The notes: generated by a model not told the origin, from the letters alone. A stretch of DNA of 64,000 bases from a bacterium (GCA_965219955.1 OZ244799.1:1472001-1536000), one strand, 5' to 3'. Counted from the stretch's first letter, positions 50,917 through 60,647 are shown. A program made the numbers and translations.

Positions 50917-52533
50917 TTGGCCTCATACAAGAGAGCAAATCATCCCCTCATCGCGCGAGAACCTTCTCTGTATCACCTCACGCCGGATGCGAGCGGCGGC
51001 GTCTGGGATCTGAACCGGTTGAGCCGGGAATTCGACTCGCCCACCGGCGACCTGAATGAAACCCTGATCGAGAGCCTCAACCAATGGGCGTCGCGCGAAC
51101 CTCGATTTGCGGACTTCCGCATCGTAAAAGACGCATCACCCACTCGACTTCCGGGAGAGATACTTTTGCTGGACGGCTCCCCGAGCCGGCTCCCCCTCAC
51201 CATGGAGACGGCGCGGGTGATGCGGGCGCACCTGAATCAACTGGGGTTGTCCATCCCCGTCAGGGTCCTGAACCGGCGCGAAGAACTTCTGGCGCGCGCC
51301 GCCAAGGCGCCGAGAGAACTGCTCGTCATCAGCCAGACCGCCCAAAGAAGCCTCTACGACGCAACCCTCGCAAAGGTTCTCGAATCGCGGGGAATCGTCG
51401 TGGTGCCCGGGCCTCTCACCGCTCCCGGCGGGCCGCTGTCCAACAAGAAAACCACGTACGAACTCCTGAACGGAAACGGCGCTGACGCGAAAAACCTGCA
51501 TGTGGACGGTCCCGGGCGTCACCTGACGGCCGGCTATGAAGTGGTGGAATCAAACGGAGGGCGACCTGCGGATACCGCCACAGCCATACTGGACAAGGCT
51601 TCCGCCTTGTCGAAGAAGTGGGGCGTCACGACTTTCTTCGTCAAGCCGCAGGAAGGCGGCGGCGGACGCGGATGTTTTCGGCTGGACGTCTACCCCAACG
51701 GGTTCGGGCTGCCGGATTTGAGCAGGCTTGGCGTCGCAACACGCCATGCGACTCCTCAGCCCTTATCTATCGACGCGGAAAACCACGACCACCTTCGGGC
51801 GATGGATTGGCTCGTTCATCGCTTCCAGGCCAGCCCGGCGACCTCGAATGCCTATATCAAGACCCGAATGGTGGGAGACGGCGCTCCCCCGGCCGTCCTG
51901 GGTCAGATGCTCAGAAACTGCGCGCCCAGACTCGAATCCGAACTGCGCGAATCCGCCCGATCACGCGAGGAATCGCTGCGCCTCCTGTCGAGCGCCATCG
52001 AGAACTACGAGCAGGTGTTCGACGCGCGCTACCTGCCGCTGATATGCGACTGGATAGATTTCGGCCTGTTCAGCGTTCGCGTTCACCTGAGGCTCAGCCG
52101 CGAGGGAATGGTCGTGGAAACGCTCTACGCCAGGCTCTTTCCGGTGGAATTCTCGGATGATTCGATCGGCGTCGTCGGCGTGGACAGCATCACGAACCGC
52201 ACGGAGGGGGGCATGGAACTGAACCGCTATACGCCTCTGGTCCCGCCCCTGGTCGCGTATGCGGGAGGGGCGGAGAGATTGTGCGAGAAGCTTCGCGGCG
52301 CCTTCGATGCGTTCGCGCGCTTTTTGACTCTCGTCGACCCCTCCGAGCGCGGCAGGATTCCGGTTCGGGCCGAATTCGACCTCTCGCCCCTCAACGGACT
52401 GATCGCCGAGGGCAACGCCGATCCCGTCCGCGCCCAGTGCGCGAACAGCCGCTGGGTGAGATTCTCCGAAAACAGCGCGCAGTGGGCGGAGGACGCCCTG
52501 TCGCTCTACTCATGGAAATCTCAAAAACTCTAA
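50917..52533 (+). CDS. Divergent ATP-grasp-like hypothetical protein
   Basis: SNKKTTYELL, FFVKPQEGGGGRGCF loop, late EFDL...IAEGN segment. Confidence 0.6.
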   Translation: MASYKRANHPLIAREPSLYHLTPDASGGVWDLNRLSREFDSPTGDLNETLIESLNQWASREPRFADFRIVKDASPTRLPGEILLLDGSPSRLPLTMETARVMRAHLNQLGLSIPVRVLNRREELLARAAKAPRELLVISQTAQRSLYDATLAKVLESRGIVVVPGPLTAPGGPLSNKKTTYELLNGNGADAKNLHVDGPGRHLTAGYEVVESNGGRPADTATAILDKASALSKKWGVTTFFVKPQEGGGGRGCFRLDVYPNGFGLPDLSRLGVATRHATPQPLSIDAENHDHLRAMDWLVHRFQASPATSNAYIKTRMVGDGAPPAVLGQMLRNCAPRLESELRESARSREESLRLLSSAIENYEQVFDARYLPLICDWIDFGLFSVRVHLRLSREGMVVETLYARLFPVEFSDDSIGVVGVDSITNRTEGGMELNRYTPLVPPLVAYAGGAERLCEKLRGAFDAFARFLTLVDPSERGRIPVRAEFDLSPLNGLIAEGNADPVRAQCANSRWVRFSENSAQWAEDALSLYSWKSQKL

Positions 52534-52622
52534 GTTAGAATCAACCGGCCCGCGTTCGTTTCTATTCGAGGAATCTCACGGGGCGGGAATCGCGCGAAAG
52601 ATCCTCATCCAGCGCTCTAGAA

Positions 52623-55600
52623 GTGAGCGAAATGGCGAAACTCCTCAAAAAAGTGTTCAGCATCCAGGAAGAGGAGTTGCTCGTCTTCTCGGTGTTCTTT
52701 TTCTTCTACTTCCTGATCGGGGTTCAGTTCTCCATCGGGCTCACCGTATCCGAAGCGTTGTTCCTCTCGGAAGTCGGCCCGGGGTTTCTCCCCTACATGT
52801 ACATATTCAACGCCCTGATGATCATCTTCATCAGCACGTTCTACTCCTCGCTGACCGAAAAACTCTCCATCCCGGCGATGTTCAAGACCGTCCTGATATT
52901 TTTCATCGTGCTCGTTTTCGGCATCAAGCTGCTCATCTTCGCGGATTTCCGCGCCTACGCGATGCCGATCGCATTCCCGCTCCTCCACACGCTGTTCGTG
53001 ATGTTCACGAACATGCTGCCGAACAATTTCCGCGCCCTCTACGGCCAGTATCTCGACGTCCTGCAGTCGAAGCGGCTGGTTCCGATCATCCTCACGGGCG
53101 GACGCTACGGCGGCATTGTCGGCGGCCTCGCCATTCCGCTGCTCATCCCCGTTCTCGGGAGCGTCTCGAATCTGCTCTACGTGTGGATTGGGGCCATCGT
53201 CGTCAGCATCGGGGTGGTGCAATACGCCGAATGGCGGCTCAGAGATCACCTCATCGACGATGCGCGTCCCAAAAAGCGCAAGGCGAAGAAGACGGCCTCA
53301 AAAGGCGGCAACATCGCATTGATGAAGACGAACAGGTACGTCTGCGCGTTCGCCCTGTTCAGCTTCATCGTGGTGATCCTCAGGAGTTTTCAGGATTTCC
53401 AATACAGCCTCGTCTTTCGCGAGGTCTTTCCCGACCGCGCGCAACTCGCCTCGTTCCTCGGGTATTTCACCGCCATCGGAAGCGCCTTCTCCCTGCTCGT
53501 CCAGACGTTCATCACCCCGCGCATCATCAAGCGTCTCGGCCTGGGCACGGCGAACCTCCTCTACCCGCTCACGACCATCATCGGCCTCGCCGGCATGGCG
53601 ATCTCGCCCGGCTTCTACTCCGCCGTCTTCCTGCGCTTCAACAACAAGAACCTCCAGGAATCGATTCGAAACGCCATCAACGCCCTGCTCTACAACGCCG
53701 TCTCCCCCTCGATCCGCGCGAGGGTCGGCGCGTTCGTCGCGGGCCAGGTGGTCGCCGTGGCCAGCATCGTCAGCGGCGTCGCCCTGCTCATCATCAAGCC
53801 CACCGGTCTCGCCCTCTTCCCGCTCAGCGCAGGCCAACTGGCGCTCATCTCCTTGTTCATCGCCTTCGCCTATCTGGCCGTCGGCTTCTTCGTGCGCCAT
53901 GAATACGGCGCGGCCCTGCGCCGGATGCTCGAGGAGAGGAACTTAGGGTTATTCCGCTACGCCCAGGAGGGGTTCGGCCCGGTTGACGACGAGAACATGG
54001 CGATACTCAGAAAAAACATCCGCGAGGGGGATGATGACCTTTGCGTCTTCACAGCCCGGATGATGGCGGAAAGCGGCAGAAGCGAGACCTTCTCTATTAT
54101 TCTCGGGGAAATCCCGCGGCGAAAGGGATATGCCGCAGCCGAGTTGCTCAAAATTCTCGCCAGGGCTCCAGGAGCCGAAGAAGGCGAGAAAATGCGGCCC
54201 TTGCTCGAGGAATACCTCACCTGCGGAGAACCCGTCCTGCAGTGCGCCGCCATGGACGCGGCGGAAACGGTCGGGCTCACCGATGAGACGGCGGATCTGG
54301 TCCATGAAAACCTGGAGAGCCGCTCGCCCGAGGTCAGGGCGCGCGCCGTCGAACTGCTGGTGCGCTCCGACGATCTGTTCTGGCTCGCCAACGGACTCCA
54401 AACACTGCACCGGATGCTCAACGAAGAAGACGCGGCGGCGAGGGTCTGCGCCCTGCGGTGCATGGGGGAACTTCAGAACCCGCGCTTCATCAGACGCTTG
54501 ATCCCCTATCTCTACCAGGAGGAGGAAAAAGTCCGCGAAGCCGCTTTGGAGGCGATAGAAGTATTGGCCCTGAATCAGGGGGTCGACGAGGAGAAGATGG
54601 AGGAAGTCATCCGGGTGACCACTTCGGATGAGAGTGCGGCCATCAGGCGCAGAGGCGTCAGGCAACTGGGCAACAAGGGCTCGAGGGAGAATTTCGAGCG
54701 CGTCCTGACCGCTCTTTCGGACGTCGATTCGCTGGTGAGGAGGCAGGCCGTCGATTCGCTCAAGAACATGAAGCGAAAAGGAACCCTCTCTCTCGAGGGC
54801 TCGGGTCTGATTTCATTCGCCGCCCCGCTTTTGTTCAGAAGCGCTAAAAACGGCTCCCGCGAAATGAGCGCGCAGGAAATCGTGGACTCCCTCTCCGGGT
54901 TCGCCGTGGAGCACCTGAAGGAAGTCTACGGCGTCATCAATCACCTCCACGTCATCGAAAGCCGGGAAAACGCATCCGCCTTCACGATGTTGAGAAAAGC
55001 GCTCGAAGACGTCGTCGCGGAAAGGCAACTGGTTCTGCTGGAATTATTGGGGGTGATAGGAGACGAGAAAACAGTGGACACCGTGTCGGAATCCCTCGCC
55101 CGTGGCGGATCGTCGTCGAGGGCAATCGCCATCGAGACGCTCTCGAACTTCTCCTCGTCCGGCAATACGAGAGTCCTCATTCTCGCCCTGGAGCCTCTGT
55201 TGCTGGGCAGGTCGACGGCCGACAAGGTTTCCGAGGGCAGGAAACTTTGGGAGATCCCCGATGAATCGATTGGCGAGGTGCTCTCGACATACATGAATTC
55301 CGAAAACGCGTGGCTCCGGGCCATCGCTCTCGACGCGGCGGGCAAGCACCTCGAAAGCGAAGCGGGTGGAGCTGCCGCCGAATGGCGCGAGCAGTTCAGG
55401 GCGCGGGCAACCGAGGACGACCCGTACGTCCGCGAGGCGGCGGTTGCCGCATTGAAAATTATCGGGAAAGATGAAGACGATGTTGAGGCGTTCTTGAGAA
55501 CCATGGAGAATGACGAGAACCAAATGGTGCGCATTCAGGTGCGCCGCGAGTTGCTCCGTTACGAGGACGGTGGGGAAAACTTATCCAGGCAGGAGAAAAT

Positions 55601-56030
55601 CATGCTCTCGACCATCGAAAAAGCCCTGTTTCTGAAAGGCGTCAACATGTTCGAGACGATGAGCGCGGATGAACTGAAAATACTGAGCAACATCTCCAGG
55701 GAAATCCAGATAGAGTCGGGCAAGGTTCTTTTCGAGCAAGGAGACTCTTGCGACTATCTCTACGTCATCGTGGACGGGGAAATCGAAATCATCCTCAATC
55801 AGGAGGACGCAGAGCCCAGGATTCTCGCCACGCTCGGCCCGCCGACCTCGTTCGGCGAAATCGCGCTCTTTGGCGACGAGGGCAGGAGCGCAGGCGCGCG
55901 AGCGAGCAAGGACACCTCTTTGCTCGGCATCGAGAAAGAACCCCTTCTCGAACTGATTCACGAGCACCCCACCATTTCCATCGCCATCATCGGCCAACTG
56001 GCCGGCATCATCAGAAGCCAGAACGAATAG
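52623..56030 (+). CDS. MFS/Npt-like membrane domain + HEAT repeats + cNMP-binding domain fusion
   Basis: About 12 TM N-terminal region (LFL..VG...LPY.YI, QSKRL.P), VR..A HEAT repeats, LFEQGD..D.LYVI..G and FGEIAL....RSA. Confidence 0.85.
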   Translation: MSEMAKLLKKVFSIQEEELLVFSVFFFFYFLIGVQFSIGLTVSEALFLSEVGPGFLPYMYIFNALMIIFISTFYSSLTEKLSIPAMFKTVLIFFIVLVFGIKLLIFADFRAYAMPIAFPLLHTLFVMFTNMLPNNFRALYGQYLDVLQSKRLVPIILTGGRYGGIVGGLAIPLLIPVLGSVSNLLYVWIGAIVVSIGVVQYAEWRLRDHLIDDARPKKRKAKKTASKGGNIALMKTNRYVCAFALFSFIVVILRSFQDFQYSLVFREVFPDRAQLASFLGYFTAIGSAFSLLVQTFITPRIIKRLGLGTANLLYPLTTIIGLAGMAISPGFYSAVFLRFNNKNLQESIRNAINALLYNAVSPSIRARVGAFVAGQVVAVASIVSGVALLIIKPTGLALFPLSAGQLALISLFIAFAYLAVGFFVRHEYGAALRRMLEERNLGLFRYAQEGFGPVDDENMAILRKNIREGDDDLCVFTARMMAESGRSETFSIILGEIPRRKGYAAAELLKILARAPGAEEGEKMRPLLEEYLTCGEPVLQCAAMDAAETVGLTDETADLVHENLESRSPEVRARAVELLVRSDDLFWLANGLQTLHRMLNEEDAAARVCALRCMGELQNPRFIRRLIPYLYQEEEKVREAALEAIEVLALNQGVDEEKMEEVIRVTTSDESAAIRRRGVRQLGNKGSRENFERVLTALSDVDSLVRRQAVDSLKNMKRKGTLSLEGSGLISFAAPLLFRSAKNGSREMSAQEIVDSLSGFAVEHLKEVYGVINHLHVIESRENASAFTMLRKALEDVVAERQLVLLELLGVIGDEKTVDTVSESLARGGSSSRAIAIETLSNFSSSGNTRVLILALEPLLLGRSTADKVSEGRKLWEIPDESIGEVLSTYMNSENAWLRAIALDAAGKHLESEAGGAAAEWREQFRARATEDDPYVREAAVAALKIIGKDEDDVEAFLRTMENDENQMVRIQVRRELLRYEDGGENLSRQEKIMLSTIEKALFLKGVNMFETMSADELKILSNISREIQIESGKVLFEQGDSCDYLYVIVDGEIEIILNQEDAEPRILATLGPPTSFGEIALFGDEGRSAGARASKDTSLLGIEKEPLLELIHEHPTISIAIIGQLAGIIRSQNE

Positions 56031-56156
56031 CCTGGGCAGGAGGTGGAAGCGGGGCATGGGCGCCCGCCTTCATCTTCGTGAACCACCTTGTGTTTTCTGC
56101 ATATTCCCGCCGCAAGCAGGCTGAATTGCGCTACGTTAAAACTACCCGCTCTGCGG

Positions 56157-56185
56157 TTGACGCCCGTCCTGCCCATACCTATAAT
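56157..56185 (+). promoter_or_regulatory. Near-consensus sigma70 promoter for the multiheme cytochrome
   Basis: TTGACG-17 bp-TATAAT. Confidence 0.75.
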
Positions 56186-56253
56186 CAGCCGGATTTTAGC
56201 CAAAGAACCCGGATTTTCCGCTCAGAACGCCGGTGGGGGAGCGTTTTTTCAAG

Positions 56254-59181
56254 ATGCAAGGTCGAGACTTCAAACCTCCGGAAGAAAAAACCAGTCCTAT
56301 ATCGTTTTTCATCCTAGGGCTCATCATGGTCGCGGTGACGTTCTGGACCGTCTGGGACGAAGCGTTCACGCGCAGACCCTGGAAGCAATACCAGAAACAG
56401 TTCAACGCTTATGAAAGAGCGCAGGTAGAGAAAGAGCTCGCCAGCCTCAAGAAAACCACCGGCTCGAAGGTTTCCGAACTCGACAAGAAGATCGCCGCGC
56501 TGCAACAAAAACTCGCGGGCGACGAAGAGTTGAAAAGCCTCAAGGAAGAACTCACGAAGGGCGAACTCGACGCTTTCGAGAAGGTGCAGGAGCTTGGCTT
56601 CAGAAAAGCGCTCTTCGATCAGTCCTACTTCTATCTCCAGGAAGCCATCCGGCAGGGGCACGACAAAAAAACCGAGCAAACCGAAGTCGACGAAGCCAAG
56701 GCCCTGCTCGATGAGATAACGCCCGTCGCGGCGAAGGCTGAAGCCGCGAGAGACGCGATAAAAGCGAAGATTGCGGCCAAGGAAAAAGAGCTGAAAACGC
56801 TCCAGGCGACGCGACGGAAAGTGGCGGGCGACATTTCCTTCCAGGAGCGGCGGCTGCAAGGCATCGCCGCCCGCCCCTATGAGATCAACCAGCTCGTCCT
56901 GCGCGAATACGAACGGAACAACTTCAACGAACCGGTGATGAAGGTGGAACGGTGCCAGACCTGTCACTTGGGCATCAACCGGGCGGGCTTCGAGAATGCG
57001 CCCCAGCCGTTCCGCACGCATCCCAACAGACGCCTTTATCTCACGACGCACGAATTCAACAAGGTCGGCTGCACGCTTTGCCACGGAGGACAGGGCTCGG
57101 CCGTCACCAGCCTCAATACGGCCCACGGCCATGTACAGTTCTGGGAAGACCCCCTTCTCCACGGCAGCGAAACACAAACCAAGTGCAGAAGCTGCCACAC
57201 CGAGATTTTCAACATCCCGGAAGCGCCCAAGATCTCGCGCGGAATCTCCCTCACCAGGGAGCTGGGCTGCAACGGCTGCCACACCCTCCCGGGCACGGAA
57301 GGCCTGCGCAAGGTGGGGCCGGACCTCTCGAGAATCCAGGAGAAAGTGGCGCCCGCCTGGCTCGTCTCCTGGGTCAAGAAGCCGAAAGACTACAACCCGC
57401 GCACCCGCATGCCGTATTTCAGCTTCACCGATCAGGAAGCGCTGGACATCGCCACGTACGTCTGGCGGCAGGGCCCGCGCAAGGTGGAATCCGCCAAGTT
57501 CCCGAGTCTCGATGACGCAGCGCTAATCAAAAAAGGAAAATCCATCTTTGAAGAAGTCGGGTGCCTGGGTTGTCACATCCGAAACGATAAAGACCTGGAA
57601 CCCGGTCCCCCGCTCGAGGGCGTGAACGGCAGGCCCATCGTGTACAGGAACCGCGATTTCGCACCGGCGCTCCAGAACATCGGCGCCAAGGTCCAGCCCG
57701 ACTGGCTGTTCCGCTGGCTCAAGAACCCCAGGTCGTACTGGCACGACACCAAGATGCCGAGCCTCCGTCTCACGGATGAGGAAGCGAGCGCGGTCACCAC
57801 TTACCTCGTCAGCCTCACGCCCCCCGCGAAACGGCCGAAACCCAGAAAACTGGGCGATGAGGCCTCGTTCGAGCGCGGCAAGAAACTCGTGGCGACGCGC
57901 GGGTGTTTCGGCTGCCACGTCATCCCCGGCACCGAGAAGCTCTCCAAAATCGGGCCGGACCTGACCCGCTTCGCGGCCAAAAAGCCGTTCGAGCTCTCAT
58001 TCGGCAACGTGGTCGACATGCCCCACACCTGGGAGTCGTGGACCTTCGGCAAGCTGAAAAATCCGCAACTCTACCAGACCGAGCGCGAGACGCTGCTCAT
58101 GCCGAACTTCGAATTCTCGGATGCGGAGGTCTCCGCCATACGCACCCTGCTGCGCTCCATGACGCCGCACGGCGCGCCGCACAGCGTCCACCAGGTGCTC
58201 GACACGCGCGCCAGGCGGATCGAAAACGGCCGCCGGATGATCGAGAAATACAACTGCAACGGCTGCCACGTCATCGAGAACTGGGGGGGCGACCTGCTCA
58301 GGCGCTATGAAGACAAGACGAACGGTCCGCCCCTGCTGAACGGCGAGGGCCGAAAGGTGCAGCCCGAGTGGTTCTTCGGCTTCCTGCGCAACGTCGTTAC
58401 GCTGAGACCCTGGCTCAAGGTGCGGATGCCCAGCTTCGAGATGCCCGAGAAAGACGCCGCGGCGCTCGTGGATTACTTCGCCGCGCTGGACTCGAAGCTC
58501 AACCCCTACATCCATTTCGACGCCAAGAGCGTGAGTGCGGAAAACCTCCAGGCCGGCAAAAAGCTCTTTGGCATGGCCGAATGCCTCGCCTGTCACGGCG
58601 AATGGCCGCCCCCGCCGGGCCAGGAACCCCCTACGGCGCCGAACCTGCTGTTCGCCAAGGAACGCCTGCGTCCCGACTGGGTCGTCGACTGGCTCATCTA
58701 CCCGGGCAGAATCCAGCCGGGAACCAAGATGCCCAACTTCTTCGAGGGGGCGGGTTCTCAGGCCCAAATCGTCAAAGGCGTCCGGGGCGAGAAGGAAGAC
58801 GACCTGTTCATCTACGAACTCGAAGCCACGGAAGAAGTCGAGTTGCCCGAAGAGCAATTCGCCACCCTTCGCGTCGGCGGCGCCACCCATCTCGTGAAGG
58901 TGGCGGAAATAGACGAGAAGAAGATGACCATCTCCTCGCCTGCCGATCTCGGAAAAACCATCGGCAAGGCGACGATAGAGAGCCACGGCGAGCCCATCGA
59001 CGAGGAACTCCTGGGCGGTGACGCGTACCGGCAAATCCGCGCGATGCGCGACTACCTGATGATCGAGACGAATTTCCTCAAACCCGCCGAGTCCAGCGCG
59101 AAGAACGACGCGCCTCAAACCGGGAAGCCCGAAAAAGAGGCCGAAGCCGAACAGGCCGATAGCGACGCATCGCCGAGCTAG
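56254..59181 (+). CDS. Membrane-anchored octaheme cytochrome c with coiled-coil stalk
   Basis: Eight CxxCH motifs: CQTCH, CTLCH, CRSCH, CNGCH, CLGCH, CFGCH, CNGCH, CLACH; N-terminal TM helix. Confidence 0.92.
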   Translation: MQGRDFKPPEEKTSPISFFILGLIMVAVTFWTVWDEAFTRRPWKQYQKQFNAYERAQVEKELASLKKTTGSKVSELDKKIAALQQKLAGDEELKSLKEELTKGELDAFEKVQELGFRKALFDQSYFYLQEAIRQGHDKKTEQTEVDEAKALLDEITPVAAKAEAARDAIKAKIAAKEKELKTLQATRRKVAGDISFQERRLQGIAARPYEINQLVLREYERNNFNEPVMKVERCQTCHLGINRAGFENAPQPFRTHPNRRLYLTTHEFNKVGCTLCHGGQGSAVTSLNTAHGHVQFWEDPLLHGSETQTKCRSCHTEIFNIPEAPKISRGISLTRELGCNGCHTLPGTEGLRKVGPDLSRIQEKVAPAWLVSWVKKPKDYNPRTRMPYFSFTDQEALDIATYVWRQGPRKVESAKFPSLDDAALIKKGKSIFEEVGCLGCHIRNDKDLEPGPPLEGVNGRPIVYRNRDFAPALQNIGAKVQPDWLFRWLKNPRSYWHDTKMPSLRLTDEEASAVTTYLVSLTPPAKRPKPRKLGDEASFERGKKLVATRGCFGCHVIPGTEKLSKIGPDLTRFAAKKPFELSFGNVVDMPHTWESWTFGKLKNPQLYQTERETLLMPNFEFSDAEVSAIRTLLRSMTPHGAPHSVHQVLDTRARRIENGRRMIEKYNCNGCHVIENWGGDLLRRYEDKTNGPPLLNGEGRKVQPEWFFGFLRNVVTLRPWLKVRMPSFEMPEKDAAALVDYFAALDSKLNPYIHFDAKSVSAENLQAGKKLFGMAECLACHGEWPPPPGQEPPTAPNLLFAKERLRPDWVVDWLIYPGRIQPGTKMPNFFEGAGSQAQIVKGVRGEKEDDLFIYELEATEEVELPEEQFATLRVGGATHLVKVAEIDEKKMTISSPADLGKTIGKATIESHGEPIDEELLGGDAYRQIRAMRDYLMIETNFLKPAESSAKNDAPQTGKPEKEAEAEQADSDASPS

Positions 59182-59203
59182 ACCTGAAGTTTCCAAACAA
59201 AAG

Positions 59204-59229
59204 AAGCGCCTCGCAAGGGGCGCTTTTTT
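59204..59229 (+). terminator. Rho-independent terminator
   Basis: AAGCGCCTC-GCAA-GGGGCGCTT followed by a T tract. Confidence 0.8.
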
Positions 59230-59235
59230 GGTGAT

Positions 59236-59716
59236 CAACCCCTCATCGGGCTTGTTGAAAAAGCCTTTGTCAAAAAACCAACCCCCCCTACCCCCCCTTG
59301 TCAGGGGGGCAAGAAAAAGCAAAAGCCCCTCAACCGGCGGTGGGCGTCGCCTTTTTTTACCCCCCTGACAAGGAACTGTTGAAAAAGCCCGAGGAGAGAG
59401 AAATCACTCCCCCCTTGAGGGTCTGGCTTCCCGAGGGGAAAGCCAGACGAGGAAGCCGAGCGTTTTGTGCGAAGGCTGAATCGGTGGGGGGGTGAATCGC
59501 GTTTATCGCCATTCCGAATTATACCCCCCACCGAATCGCTTGCGGGCTTACGCCCTTAGCTCACCGTCGGGCATTCCCCTCGGGATGCCCGACCCTCCAG
59601 GGGGGAGTGATTCCACTTCCTGCTTCCCTGGCAATGACCCTAAAGGGGAGAGTGATTTTTCTCTCGTCGATTGGCTACATATCCCAATTACGAAATCCCG
59701 ACTTTTTCAACGGCCC
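59236..59716. mobile_element. Nested REP/MITE-like composite, copy 2
   Basis: Same core as 5190-5351 (TCACTCCCCCCTTGAGG...GGGGGGAGTGA), GTTGAAAAA/TTTTTCAAC termini, CCCCCCTTGTCAGGGGGG palindrome; between convergent genes. Confidence 0.8.
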
Positions 59717-59726
59717 TCTTAACGTC

Positions 59727-59888
59727 TGTTGCAAAACCCCATCGGAGGGGGTAATAACGCCTGCGCCTCCGCCCGGTTTCGGATTTTGGCCGCCGCAGCA
59801 AACCGCCCCTGTCGCCTCCGTAACGAGGCCCGGATCCAGGCGGACGCGAAACGCATAGTCAAATCCGACCGAGAAGGGTTTTACAACA
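59727..59888. mobile_element. Second MITE-like element (162 bp)
   Basis: 13-bp terminal inverted repeats with one mismatch: TGTTGCAAAACCC / GGGTTTTACAACA; no credible ORF inside. Confidence 0.55.
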
Positions 59889-59957
59889 CCCGATACGCGC
59901 GAGCCGCCATTCGCACCCCCACCGTCCCGAATGCCCACCCTGCGCGGCGCTTCGACT

Positions 59958-60647
59958 TCATCGCGCCTTTCGCCTCACCCGCTCCTCGTTCACGCGCCTG
60001 TGGGCCGCGCGTATCACCTCGGGCAGGCGGAACCGGGAAGTGGCCGCAAGCACCCAATGGACAGAATCTTCGATGTCGATGAGGTGCCCGGGTGAGACGT
60101 ACACGGGCTTCACGCCCTTTCTCGTTCTGAGAACGGCGCCTATCTCCCGCCCATCGGGTGAGTGCAGGTACCGCCAGTCCCCTTTCTCATCTCCCGGCGG
60201 CTCGTCGGCGTCGCCGAACAAGCGGCTCTTGGCGCACCCGATGGAAGGCACGCCCAGGCGAAGGCCCAGGTGCGAGGCGATACCGAATCCCCTGGGATGG
60301 GCGGCGCCCTGCCCGTCGAAGATGATGAGGTCCGGTTTTTCCCTCAACCCCCAAAAAGCCTTCTCGAGCAAGAAACCCTCTCTGAAGGAGAGCAGTCCCG
60401 GCACGTAGGGAAACCGTAATTCTCCGCTGTGGAACGACTCGTCGATGGGTTGCAAATCCGGCCAGGAGAAAACGACCATGCCCCCGACGCCGAACCGCCC
60501 GCGCCACTCGCATGAGATGTCCGCGCCCGCAATCGTTCCCGGCGGGGACGACAGCGAATGCAGGGCAACGCGTTTTTGGAGCGTCTTTTGGATCTGAACT
60601 GCTTCGGCGGGCGCTATCTCCCAGGAGTGGCGCAGCAAGTCGGTCAT
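59958..60647 (-). CDS. nfi: Endonuclease V (deoxyinosine 3' endonuclease)
   Basis: AGAD.S, FPYVPGLLSFRE, DGQG.AHPRGFGIASH, IGCAKS, YVSPGH, RLPE. Confidence 0.96.
   Translation of the reverse strand: MTDLLRHSWEIAPAEAVQIQKTLQKRVALHSLSSPPGTIAGADISCEWRGRFGVGGMVVFSWPDLQPIDESFHSGELRFPYVPGLLSFREGFLLEKAFWGLREKPDLIIFDGQGAAHPRGFGIASHLGLRLGVPSIGCAKSRLFGDADEPPGDEKGDWRYLHSPDGREIGAVLRTRKGVKPVYVSPGHLIDIEDSVHWVLAATSRFRLPEVIRAAHRRVNEERVRRKAR

Noticed and set aside
59298-60082. Short ORFs downstream of the cytochrome
   Set aside because: They overlap the repeat/MITE composite or the antisense strand of nfi
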